The notes below the pieces were generated by a model. The model was given only the letters and a program-made list of their open reading frames with translations. It was not told where the DNA came from and searched no databases. Both the position numbers and the translations under genes were made by a program. 43,603 nt of DNA from an uncultured Pirellulales bacterium (lineage in GTDB: Bacteria > Planctomycetota > Phycisphaerae > Sedimentisphaerales > Anaerobacaceae): positions 1 to 43,603 of the forward strand of contig CAYTTK010000004.1 of assembly GCA_964440735.1 (NCBI GenBank), given 5' to 3'. Numbering within the stretch: the first letter of the stretch is position 1; each line of letters opens with the position of its first letter. This document shows, piece by piece, positions 18,340 to 26,358 of the stretch.

Positions 18340-20031
18340 CTATCTAATAAGATCGCTCAATTCTCGCAGTATTTCATTAGCGACTCTGATGGTTCTTGCA
18401 TTTGCCTGGAAACCATTCTGGGCTTGTATCATATTTACAAACTCGGTAGCCACGTCGGCATTAGATTTTTCCAATGCTCCACCGTGTATAATGCCGGCAC
18501 CAGCGGTCATACCCTGCGTAGCTATTGCTTCACCTGAGTTGGCTGAAGGAATAAAGTATCCATTGCCAACACTTTCGAGACCAGCGTTGTTTTGGAATAA
18601 TGCAACTTGAAGAGTTGCAATATTTCTTTTAATACCGTTAGAGAAGGCACCAATGAGTATGCCTTCGTTATTAACCGAGACGGTCGATAGTCTGCCTGCT
18701 TCATATCCGTCCTGCTCTCTTGCTACAGCAGTGGAATTTCCGGCGAACTGGGTCAAGCCGTCTAATTTACCTATGGTTCCTAACTCTAACTGGATTGTTT
18801 GTTGATTCGTTGGGTCATGGGCAAATGCTATTATAAATTCAGGTGAATCCGGACCTCCCAAACCGGCAAAAGAGCCATCATAAGAATCAAAGGTTATATC
18901 TTCAATACGCCGATTTATCATAGTAATCTCATGAATCTCGCCTGTTACTGAGGTCAGCACCAAATCCCAGGTATTGGGGATATTTGTCCTGACAAACGCA
19001 CCTGAAAGAACGTGTTTACCACCTAATGTGTCGTAAAGTGTAATATTGATATTCTTGACTTCTTCTCCCCCGACAGTCAGTATCTCGAAATATGCTGGTG
19101 TTGTAAGTGAGCCGTCGTCAGAGTATTCCAAAGCAATGTCCGACCTGCTATAATCTCCTGTATCATCGGTTATCCGGATTTGGCCATTGACTAAGGTAGC
19201 TGTAGCGCCGCTAAGAACATTATCATTTAAATGGTCTATAAAATTACCAAGCGTTGTATCGGAATTAACCGTAAATGATAGGCCGCTGCTAAATGGATCG
19301 CCATTCGGCTGACAGCCGGTAATATTAATTGTCCCTGATTGGCCAACGCTTAATTGCCCGTCAATCTCCCCACCGCCACTAAATTGGTCGAGTTGGTCAA
19401 TTTCTGTAATCAGTGCTGCTGCGGTTCCACCACCATACGTATACGATAGATTCGATGCTATTACCTGCCTTCGAGGGGCAGAAAAAGCCGCATCAGCACT
19501 GAGATTTCCGGATACCACCATTTGTGATGTAGCTTTTGCCGGCATTGCCACATCATAAGGTGCGTGAATATTACCGTCACCAGGTACCTGAAAACCGTCG
19601 ATTTCCCCTTCCGAGCCGATACGCTGAACTCGATAACCGGTTGCGGGGTCAACTAAAGTCGATTCTGCATCTACCGCAAATGTGCCTGCACGAGTGTAAA
19701 TGTTCTGTTGACCATCGGTGAGAACAAAATATCCTTCTCCCTCAACCGCCAAATCCAAGGGGTTTCCTGTGTTTATGATATTACCCTGTATCGTGTTGGG
19801 GCTTATACCTGATATTCCGACGCCACTACCCATCTGCATAGGATTGGTACCGCCGATACCAGTAGTTGGCTGTGATGCCTTTTTTATGGTTTCGCTAAGC
19901 AGTTCTGAGAAAGTTATTCTGCTGGATTTGAATGCAGTGGTGTTAACATTGGCCAGGTTGTTACCCGCTACGTCTAACATTTTTTGATGAGCCTGAAGTC
20001 CGCTTACTCCGGCTGAAAGTGCAAAAGTCAT
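18340..20031 (-). CDS. flgE: Flagellar hook protein FlgE
   Basis: 563 aa. MTFALSAGVSGLQAHQKMLDVAGNNLANVNTTAFKSSR at the N-terminus and LEKSNADVATEFVNMIQAQNGFQANARTI at the C-terminus. RBS AAGGAGAG. Confidence 0.9.
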   Translation of the reverse strand: MTFALSAGVSGLQAHQKMLDVAGNNLANVNTTAFKSSRITFSELLSETIKKASQPTTGIGGTNPMQMGSGVGISGISPNTIQGNIINTGNPLDLAVEGEGYFVLTDGQQNIYTRAGTFAVDAESTLVDPATGYRVQRIGSEGEIDGFQVPGDGNIHAPYDVAMPAKATSQMVVSGNLSADAAFSAPRRQVIASNLSYTYGGGTAAALITEIDQLDQFSGGGEIDGQLSVGQSGTINITGCQPNGDPFSSGLSFTVNSDTTLGNFIDHLNDNVLSGATATLVNGQIRITDDTGDYSRSDIALEYSDDGSLTTPAYFEILTVGGEEVKNINITLYDTLGGKHVLSGAFVRTNIPNTWDLVLTSVTGEIHEITMINRRIEDITFDSYDGSFAGLGGPDSPEFIIAFAHDPTNQQTIQLELGTIGKLDGLTQFAGNSTAVAREQDGYEAGRLSTVSVNNEGILIGAFSNGIKRNIATLQVALFQNNAGLESVGNGYFIPSANSGEAIATQGMTAGAGIIHGGALEKSNADVATEFVNMIQAQNGFQANARTIRVANEILRELSDLIR

Positions 20032-20064
20032 TTTTATCTCTCCTTAATTCTTTATCTAATTTTA

Positions 20065-20445
20065 TTAATTTACTGATATTATCTGTTCTAAACTGATATT
20101 ATTGTCTCCTACCACCAGGTAGATTTCTCCATCGCCAAGATTCTTGATGACTTTCTCAACCACGCCTGTTACCGTATCGATTCCTGTTTCCGTTTGTACG
20201 AGGTATGAGACTTCCTTGCCTATCAACGAATCAGCATAGCTGTGTTGCACGGCAGTAAGGACTTGTGCGAAGTTCGAATTCATCGTTTCGAGCTGCTGCA
20301 ATTGTGAGAACTGTGCCAATTGCAAGGCCATCTCATTATTATCCAGAGGTTCAAGGGGATTCTGGTATTGCAGTTGTGCTATCAAAAGTTTCATATAATC
20401 CATCTGGATGTTTGACGCTGTGCTGATTGTTGATACCGAACTCAT
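20065..20445 (-). CDS. flgD: Flagellar hook cap/scaffold protein FlgD (short form)
   Basis: 126 aa. DYMKLLIAQLQYQNPLEPLDNNEMALQLAQFSQLQQLE matches the FlgD N-terminal motif. First gene after the sigma54 promoter. Confidence 0.85.
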   Translation of the reverse strand: MSSVSTISTASNIQMDYMKLLIAQLQYQNPLEPLDNNEMALQLAQFSQLQQLETMNSNFAQVLTAVQHSYADSLIGKEVSYLVQTETGIDTVTGVVEKVIKNLGDGEIYLVVGDNNISLEQIISVN

Positions 20446-20500
20446 AAGTCTTTTACCTTTTTCAATAATAATGTTGTCACTGCTGGTCTAGAAAAGAAGG

Positions 20501-20516
20501 GCAATTGGTGTGCCAC
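20501..20516 (-). promoter_or_regulatory. Sigma54 (-24/-12) promoter for the flgD-flgL operon
   Basis: The minus strand reads TGGCAC-ACCAA-TTGC-C, an exact consensus TGGCAC-N5-TTGC. It lies about 55 bp upstream of the flgD ATG (20445). Confidence 0.7.
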
Positions 20517-20630
20517 ATTGAGGATGTCGTTATTTTGATTTACGTAACTTCTTGTCGTAACAAATCTTAAAGAAACTAAAAATTTATTTGCTCTTCAAAG
20601 AAGGTCTTATCAAGAATTTTTTCAAAGGAT

Positions 20631-20663
20631 AAATTTTCCTACGCTTCAGAAAATTTTGCCTAC
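20631..20663. promoter_or_regulatory. Direct repeat AAATTTTCCTAC / AAATTTTGCCTAC; candidate upstream activator (enhancer) sites for the flgD sigma54 promoter
   Basis: Two copies (20631-20642 and 20651-20663), 20 bp apart, lie 115-150 bp upstream of the -24/-12 element. An IHF-like TATCAAGAATTTT (20608-20620) lies between them and the promoter. Confidence 0.3.
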
Positions 20664-20741
20664 TTCGGACCGGCCTTAGTGTATGTATTGTTATATAAAG
20701 AACATCGTCGGCTTAATTTCATTAAAAAGTGTCATCAAAAA

Positions 20742-20945
20742 GTCCCATAAGAAATAACATTGTCTCGTTGGAAGTTCACTTCTTTATTCTGGTCCTGATG
20801 GAAATAGACCAGTACCTTAATGATTGCTTTGTGTTTAATCAAAAATGCGTCCCATAATAAGTATAGGACGTCCTATAAGGTTGTCACCTTATTAATAGTC
20901 ATTTTGATGGAGAAGGGCCAGTGACATTATTGGCCCGTCCCATAA
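20742..20945 (+). repeat. Three same-orientation copies of GTCCCATAA (20742-20750, 20849-20857, 20937-20945) plus the variant GTCCTATAA (20870-20878)
   Basis: Read directly in the divergent intergenic region. Copies 1 and 2 share the extended context ATCAAAAA(N1-3)GTCCCATAA. Confidence 0.6.
20862..20877. promoter_or_regulatory. Perfect 16-bp palindrome TATAGGACGTCCTATA (candidate dimeric regulator operator)
   Basis: The sequence is self-complementary. It lies in the control region 215 bp upstream of the FleQ-like gene and directly follows repeat copy 2. Confidence 0.4.
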
Positions 20946-21010
20946 AAAATTAAAGTTGTTTTTAATGGTCTGTCGATTTAGTTATCTATCAATCCACAGA
21001 AACTGTAAGG

Positions 21011-21039
21011 TTGATTAACCTATGAAGCTGGAGTATTCA
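21011..21039 (+). promoter_or_regulatory. Weak sigma70-type promoter candidate for the FleQ-like gene
   Basis: TTGATT-N17-TATTCA, about 55 bp upstream of ATG 21092. Only a moderate -10 match. Confidence 0.25.
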
Positions 21040-21091
21040 TAATGCTTTAAAACAACAAAGTGGGGGATAACGCTTATGATTTTGTAGCAAG

Positions 21092-22531
21092 ATGAATTTA
21101 CGTAGAGTTGTTGCGGTAACTAAGGAAATACAAATCCAGCAATTAGTTCGAAGCGTTTGCCAGGAAGTATTTGTGGCTGACGACATAGTTGAAGCTGTGG
21201 AGATTGTTCAGGCTGTCAGCCCGGATTTAATCCTTTTCGACCATCACTTTACTCCAAGACATATCCGCGAAGTCCTCGAAACGACCTATAAAAATTCGAT
21301 AAATATCCCAATTGTGGTTGTTGGCAATGACGAAAACAACACCTACCTCGCAGAAGAATTCAGACAGATAGGGGTATTTGACTACCTGCAGGGAAGAAAA
21401 GATTACAGCCGACTGGAACAAATCGCAAAACGGATAAAAGAACAATGCAGGGCCATCAATCATAACAAAGATATCAGCGATTTTTTCAGTGAAGAGCTTG
21501 CAGCTTCTGTTTCGATGGTCGGTAAAAGTTCTGCAATCCAGAATACTCTCAAAATGATTAAACTTGTCGCTGCCAGCAGATGTAATCCCATTTTGATAGT
21601 TGGCGAAACAGGCACAGGCAAAGAACTATCCGCTAAAGCGATACATAATTTAAGATGTCCGAATGAGCTCTTTGTGGCTGTAAACTGCGCTGCGCTGACG
21701 GCAAATCTGCTGGAAAGCGAGCTTTTTGGCCACGTCAAAGGCTCCTTCACAGGGGCTGACCGCGATAAAATAGGACTTTTAGAACTGGCTGGAAGCGGCA
21801 CGGTGTTGCTTGATGAAATTTCTGAAATGCCTATGGACCTGCAGGCAAAGTTGTTGCGCGTCCTTCAAGAAAAGACTTTTCGAAAGGTAGGAGGCACCAA
21901 AACTATCACCTGCAATGCCACAATAATAGCCACCAGCAACCGAAATCTTCGGAAGGAAACTCAAAACAACCGCTTTCGTCGTGACCTTTACTATCGCCTG
22001 AATATCAGTCCTATAGTTATCGACCCTCTTAAAGCCCCAGCGAGAAGAGAGGATATCCCGCTTTTGGCCAATTATTTTCTGAGGACATCGGCTATCTGTC
22101 CGGAAAAACAAAATAAAATAACCTCGTTGACTAAGATGGCTATGGAATCTTTGGGGAAATACGACTGGCCTGGCAACGTCCGAGAACTGCGTAATGTTGT
22201 CGAAAGAGCGATACTGATAGAGACAACGGACAAAATTGGCCTGAAGAGTATTGTAATTGACCCCATGGAATATGAGCAGACTTCTAATAACCCCACAAAT
22301 GGCTATATCAAGGATTTTTCATTGGCAAAGGCAGAACGAGAGCTAATTTGTCGGGCTCTGCGGGAGACCGGCTGGCAAAAAACTAAGGCAGCCGCGCTTC
22401 TCGGAATAACCAGAGCGACCCTGTATGCCAAGGTCGAGCAATACAATATTAAAAAAGGTTCATATATAGAAACAGAATTGCATGATGAAGCATTGGGTCC
22501 CCTTATGCCTCAGCCAACAGCTGTCTCGTAA
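21092..22531 (+). CDS. Sigma54-dependent transcriptional activator with degenerate receiver-like N-domain (FleQ/FlrA-like)
   Basis: 479 aa. Walker A GETGTGKE. ELFGHVKGSFTGA (GAFTGA loop). LLDEISEM Walker B. Fis-type HTH KTKAAALLGITRATLYAKV. The N-domain lacks the acidic DD pocket (VVAVTKE) and the conserved Lys (DYLQGR). Confidence 0.85.
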   Translation: MNLRRVVAVTKEIQIQQLVRSVCQEVFVADDIVEAVEIVQAVSPDLILFDHHFTPRHIREVLETTYKNSINIPIVVVGNDENNTYLAEEFRQIGVFDYLQGRKDYSRLEQIAKRIKEQCRAINHNKDISDFFSEELAASVSMVGKSSAIQNTLKMIKLVAASRCNPILIVGETGTGKELSAKAIHNLRCPNELFVAVNCAALTANLLESELFGHVKGSFTGADRDKIGLLELAGSGTVLLDEISEMPMDLQAKLLRVLQEKTFRKVGGTKTITCNATIIATSNRNLRKETQNNRFRRDLYYRLNISPIVIDPLKAPARREDIPLLANYFLRTSAICPEKQNKITSLTKMAMESLGKYDWPGNVRELRNVVERAILIETTDKIGLKSIVIDPMEYEQTSNNPTNGYIKDFSLAKAERELICRALRETGWQKTKAAALLGITRATLYAKVEQYNIKKGSYIETELHDEALGPLMPQPTAVS

Positions 22532-22702
22532 TCTTAATCCGCATTAAGCAATCCCACTGTGAGCCGATGTAAGAAAATCTGCCGGCTCGTATGGAATCCT
22601 GACATCATTTTGAAATAAGGTCAGTCTAATATTTGGACGACAAAGCGGTTTTTCGGTTAAAAAGCCCAATATTTTGTTGTCCATAACAGCTGCACCCAAG
22701 TT

Positions 22703-22718
22703 TGGCACGTTTATTGCT
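22703..22718 (+). promoter_or_regulatory. Sigma54 (-24/-12) promoter for the plus-strand flagellar operon
   Basis: TGGCAC-GTTTA-TTGC-T, an exact consensus with exact spacing. It lies about 90 bp upstream of ATG 22810. Confidence 0.75.
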
Positions 22719-22809
22719 TTTTTATGACAATATGTTGTGAAATATGCTCTCGTTCTATCTCAATTAGTCACCGTTTATCAGGATTAAATCGAGAGTGAAA
22801 TGAAAAGTT

Positions 22810-25353
22810 ATGGCGAAAAAAAAGCCACAAACTGTTCTCGAAGAAGATTCTCTTGAGGCACCATCGGGCCAAAAATCCACGGACGAGGCTCGTAAGGGAC
22901 TTTCAGAGCGTGAAGTATTTGCAGGGGACGAAGAGTTTTACGAGTTTATGGCCCGACAGGGACAAGTCCAGGTTACCACCGACCAGTCTGATAAGACAAG
23001 AAAATCATCAAAAGTTGGGTCTCTGCTTCAGCATTTTTCAATCCTTCAGAAAGTTCTTGCGCTTGGCATTATTGTAGCTGCAGTGATTCTTATGTATGCA
23101 TTACTGAGGTCTTTCTCGAGGTCTACAGCCGATACCCAGATGATACCCGTTAAGCGACGAATAATTTCGCCTGAATCTCCAATTAATGAGGATTCGTCAC
23201 ATGTTAAGGCCCAGCAATTACAAGAACCACAATTTGCATCTTCTTCAGGACAGCCGCTATCTTTTTCAGGACAGCCGCTATCTTTGAAGGTTGCTCAAGA
23301 CTTCTATCTGCAAAAAAATTACAGCATGGCTTATGAGACTTATAACCAGCTTCAGCAGGGTCTGCCGATGAGTGAAGAAAATAGCCTGCTGAGAGATTTC
23401 CTTCAACTCAAAATGGCTTTATGTATGAGAAAAACCGGCGATTCTGACCAGGCCAATCGTTTACTCAGGGTGGTTTCAGAAAGCCATTCACCCATTTTGA
23501 GGGTATTAGCCAATTATTATCTTGGTTTTATTGAGGTTCAAAAAGGGCAATACTTAAAGGCACGAACCAGAGCTTATCAGACGATTGCTTTAGTTAGCTT
23601 GGTGGATTTGGACAAAGATACAGCTTTATTGCTGCAGCGTGATTGTCATTTTCTTATTGCCGAATCTATTACCAGATATATTCTTTTGCTATGTGACATT
23701 GATAATGATATTCCAGACCAGTTGTGGAGCAGTCCGGAAGAAATCGATCTTTTCTCCGGTATCAACGAAATATCCGCTTTAATGAACCTTTTGAATTCCG
23801 GTTCGGAACAATTAAGCAAAGGACTGCTTTCTTCACAGATTCAAAAAATTGAGCATCCAGGTGCACCAACACGTTGGTCCGTAGTTTGTCATGGGTCATC
23901 TATTGAAGAACTGCTGGCCAGATTTGCTACAAATGCAAAACTTGATATTACATGGGTTCTTGGTAAAGGGGTGGAATCAGGAAGGGCAAAAGGTGCTATT
24001 CGTAATAGGCCGGTGAGTCTGTATCTTCCAGCGGCAACAACGCGGCAGTCCGCTGCGATATCTGCTGGTTGTGTCGGCCTGTTGGCCCGATTGGATGAGC
24101 GGGGGCTTGTAAGTATCTTTAATCCAGAGGAGTATAGCTCATTATCAGAGTTTATATCTTTACTTGCCCAAGAGGCTATTTCATTGTGGCAGGGTTTTTT
24201 ACTTTCCTTTTACGACGACCAGCGCGTTCCTAATGCTCATTTTGCCCTGGGGCTTCTGCAGGCACAAATAGACCGGGTCACCGAGTCAATTGCGGAATAT
24301 AAATTGGTAGCTAATCGCTATTCACAAACACATCTGGCGCCTTTTGCCCTTTTACACTCCAGCAAACTAAAAGCCAATCTTCGCGACCATCTTGGTGCAC
24401 GACAGGACTTAACACAACTCGTTGAGCAATATCCAGATAATGAGCTTTCTGGCCGGGCATGTTTGTATCTCGCCGATGCCACTAAGAACGCCGGCCTTTT
24501 GAGTGAGGCCGCACGACTCTATAGCAAAGTTTACAATCTCGGTTTGCCTCGGCAGTCAAGGGCCACAGCTGCCTTCGGAGCAGCTAAGTGCTTCTATGAG
24601 ATAGAAGATTATGAAGCTGCAGCCAAATGGTTCATTCAATATATTGTATTGGTTAAAGACCAAAAAAACAGGGAGCTGTATTTAGCCTATTTTCTCCTTG
24701 GCAAAATTAGCCTAACCTTAGGAAATTTACAGCAAGCCTGCAATGCCTTCCAATGCGCCCTGACAGGTCCTCTCTCCAAAGAACAATATGTAGAAACTAT
24801 CTCTGCGTTGGTAGAAGCCCAGATAAAGCAGGAGCGCTTTATCGAAGCCCTTACATTGATAGATAGCATACAGCCCTGGCAATTCTCACAGAAAGAATCT
24901 ATAGAGATATTGCTGACAAAAAGCAAAATTCTTCGCACGATGGGGCTGGTTGACAAAGCTATCTCGGTGCTTGGAGACAAAGCTGATTATATCCCTGACC
25001 TGCAGTTAAAGGCGAAGCTTTCCTTCGAATTAGCCAAATGTTATATCGCAAAAGATAATCTGGAGCTTGCCCGCAAAGACCTGACCAAGATTCTCGTCCT
25101 TATTGAACCGGGGCCTTTGGCACAGGAAGTCGCACTTGAGTTGGCTGATGTCTGTCTAAAACTCGGCGAAAACTCTCAAGCCATATACGTATGCTCACAG
25201 CTTTTGGATTCTGACCCCTCGGAACAGATAAGACAAAAGACCCTGAGCGTTCTTGCAATGGCCTATAAGCAGCAAAAAAAATACGACAAAGCAACTCTTA
25301 TTCTTTTAGACAAGTGGAACGATGTTGAGCCTACAAGTGAATTACTAAAGTAA
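22810..25353 (+). CDS. Membrane-anchored 847-aa TPR-repeat protein of unknown function
   Basis: Charged N-terminus, one TM (VLALGIIVAAVILMYALL), then multiple TPR/YbgF-like repeats (e.g. ACLYLADATKNAGLLSEAARLYSKVY, AAFGAAKCFYEIEDYEAAAKWF). A non-TPR alpha/beta-looking insert sits in the middle (WSVVCHGSSIEELLARFATNAKLDITWVL...GLLARLDERGLVSIFNP). Confidence 0.7.
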   Translation: MAKKKPQTVLEEDSLEAPSGQKSTDEARKGLSEREVFAGDEEFYEFMARQGQVQVTTDQSDKTRKSSKVGSLLQHFSILQKVLALGIIVAAVILMYALLRSFSRSTADTQMIPVKRRIISPESPINEDSSHVKAQQLQEPQFASSSGQPLSFSGQPLSLKVAQDFYLQKNYSMAYETYNQLQQGLPMSEENSLLRDFLQLKMALCMRKTGDSDQANRLLRVVSESHSPILRVLANYYLGFIEVQKGQYLKARTRAYQTIALVSLVDLDKDTALLLQRDCHFLIAESITRYILLLCDIDNDIPDQLWSSPEEIDLFSGINEISALMNLLNSGSEQLSKGLLSSQIQKIEHPGAPTRWSVVCHGSSIEELLARFATNAKLDITWVLGKGVESGRAKGAIRNRPVSLYLPAATTRQSAAISAGCVGLLARLDERGLVSIFNPEEYSSLSEFISLLAQEAISLWQGFLLSFYDDQRVPNAHFALGLLQAQIDRVTESIAEYKLVANRYSQTHLAPFALLHSSKLKANLRDHLGARQDLTQLVEQYPDNELSGRACLYLADATKNAGLLSEAARLYSKVYNLGLPRQSRATAAFGAAKCFYEIEDYEAAAKWFIQYIVLVKDQKNRELYLAYFLLGKISLTLGNLQQACNAFQCALTGPLSKEQYVETISALVEAQIKQERFIEALTLIDSIQPWQFSQKESIEILLTKSKILRTMGLVDKAISVLGDKADYIPDLQLKAKLSFELAKCYIAKDNLELARKDLTKILVLIEPGPLAQEVALELADVCLKLGENSQAIYVCSQLLDSDPSEQIRQKTLSVLAMAYKQQKKYDKATLILLDKWNDVEPTSELLK
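23244..23285 (+). repeat. Perfect 21-bp tandem duplication (TTCAGGACAGCCGCTATCTTT x2), in frame
   Basis: Read directly. It encodes SGQPLSF/SGQPLSL in the low-complexity linker after the TM helix of the 847-aa protein. Confidence 0.9.
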
Positions 25354-25387
25354 ACACAGTAGAAATAAAAATATCGAATCAATAAAA

Positions 25388-26320
25388 ATGAAAAGCAAAA
25401 AGCTAAAGCCAAACCCAGCAACAAATGTTCGACACCGGCTGTTCAATGAGCGAGGTTCGAAATATGAAAATCGAGTTACGCTTTGTATTATTCGCCTCTG
25501 CTGTTTTGTATTTATAGCTATTTGCTTGTTTACATTTCCTGTCGGTGCTAAAGGCAAAAACGAAAACCAACTATCTGAAGAAGGCACCGAGAAAGGAAGC
25601 GGGAAACTGAATGTAGCAACCTCTGCAACCTCAACCATGCCACAGACTGATAATCCTCTTATAAATCAACTACAGCAGGCCAGAATAAGTATTTCTCAAG
25701 ACGAGAAGGACAGCAAAAGCAAAAGAGAACTTAAGCAAATGATCGAACAAGCCCGCTCTATTTTATTTAATTTGCGTAAACAACCTACAAAATCTATTAC
25801 TGTTACCGAGCCGGAACCGGCAATTGAGCCAAACGAAGCATCATCCGATACAAAAACGCATGGGGAACCTGAGAAAATACCCATCCAGACAGAACCTGAA
25901 AATCTGATTAAACCCGTATACCAATATGAGCCGGTAAGTGAGCATACCCTGCAAATGCTCGAAAATCTAAAACAGAAGCCAGAACAGCTTAAAAATCCAT
26001 TTGAGTTGGCAGAAGTTTTATTTCTTAGCGGCCATGCAGAAAAAGCAGGAATACTTTATCAGGAAGCTCTTCATCGTAAGGACCCGAAAGACCTCAACTC
26101 AGCACAGGAAAGAGCTTGGATTTTGTTCCAAATAGGCAACTGTCTGCGAAATGATGACCCGCAATCGGCAAAGAATACCTATAGACAGCTAATTGCAGAA
26201 TATCCTGACTGTCTGTGGACCGACCTTGCTAAAGTCCAGGAGAAACTGATTGATTGGTACCTGAAGGATAAACCAGATATGTTAATTCGAGAGTGTGAAC
26301 AATTGGCGGAGGGGATGTAG
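25388..26320 (+). CDS. Membrane-anchored/secreted 310-aa protein with C-terminal TPR (YbgF-like) module
   Basis: N-terminal hydrophobic segment (LCIIRLCCFVFIAICLFTFPVGA), a Pro/Glu-rich linker, and a C-terminal TPR-like region (AEVLFLSGHAEKAGILYQEAL...WILFQIGNCLRNDDPQSAKNTYRQLIAEYPDCLWTDLA). Confidence 0.6.
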   Translation: MKSKKLKPNPATNVRHRLFNERGSKYENRVTLCIIRLCCFVFIAICLFTFPVGAKGKNENQLSEEGTEKGSGKLNVATSATSTMPQTDNPLINQLQQARISISQDEKDSKSKRELKQMIEQARSILFNLRKQPTKSITVTEPEPAIEPNEASSDTKTHGEPEKIPIQTEPENLIKPVYQYEPVSEHTLQMLENLKQKPEQLKNPFELAEVLFLSGHAEKAGILYQEALHRKDPKDLNSAQERAWILFQIGNCLRNDDPQSAKNTYRQLIAEYPDCLWTDLAKVQEKLIDWYLKDKPDMLIRECEQLAEGM

Positions 26321-26358
26321 CTAATAAAAATGAAAAAGTTAAATGGAGTATTCTCAAC

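Noticed and set aside
8822-20000. Numerous 60-140-aa ORFs antisense to or overlapping flgL, flgK, flgI, flgH, flgA, flgF, the PilZ gene and flgE (e.g. 8822-9196, 10395-11036, 12883-13281, 14128-14550, 14826-15254, 16638-16991, 17668-18021, 19461-19987)
   Set aside because: They are embedded opposite strongly recognisable flagellar genes. They have no ribosome-binding sites and show the biased composition typical of antisense frames.
21227-22296. Minus-strand ORFs (78-113 aa) inside the FleQ-like activator gene, and similar ORFs inside the second activator (26526-27676), flhA (30030-32158) and the CheX/CBS gene (38165-39182)
   Set aside because: They are antisense shadows of confidently assigned genes, with no independent coding signal.
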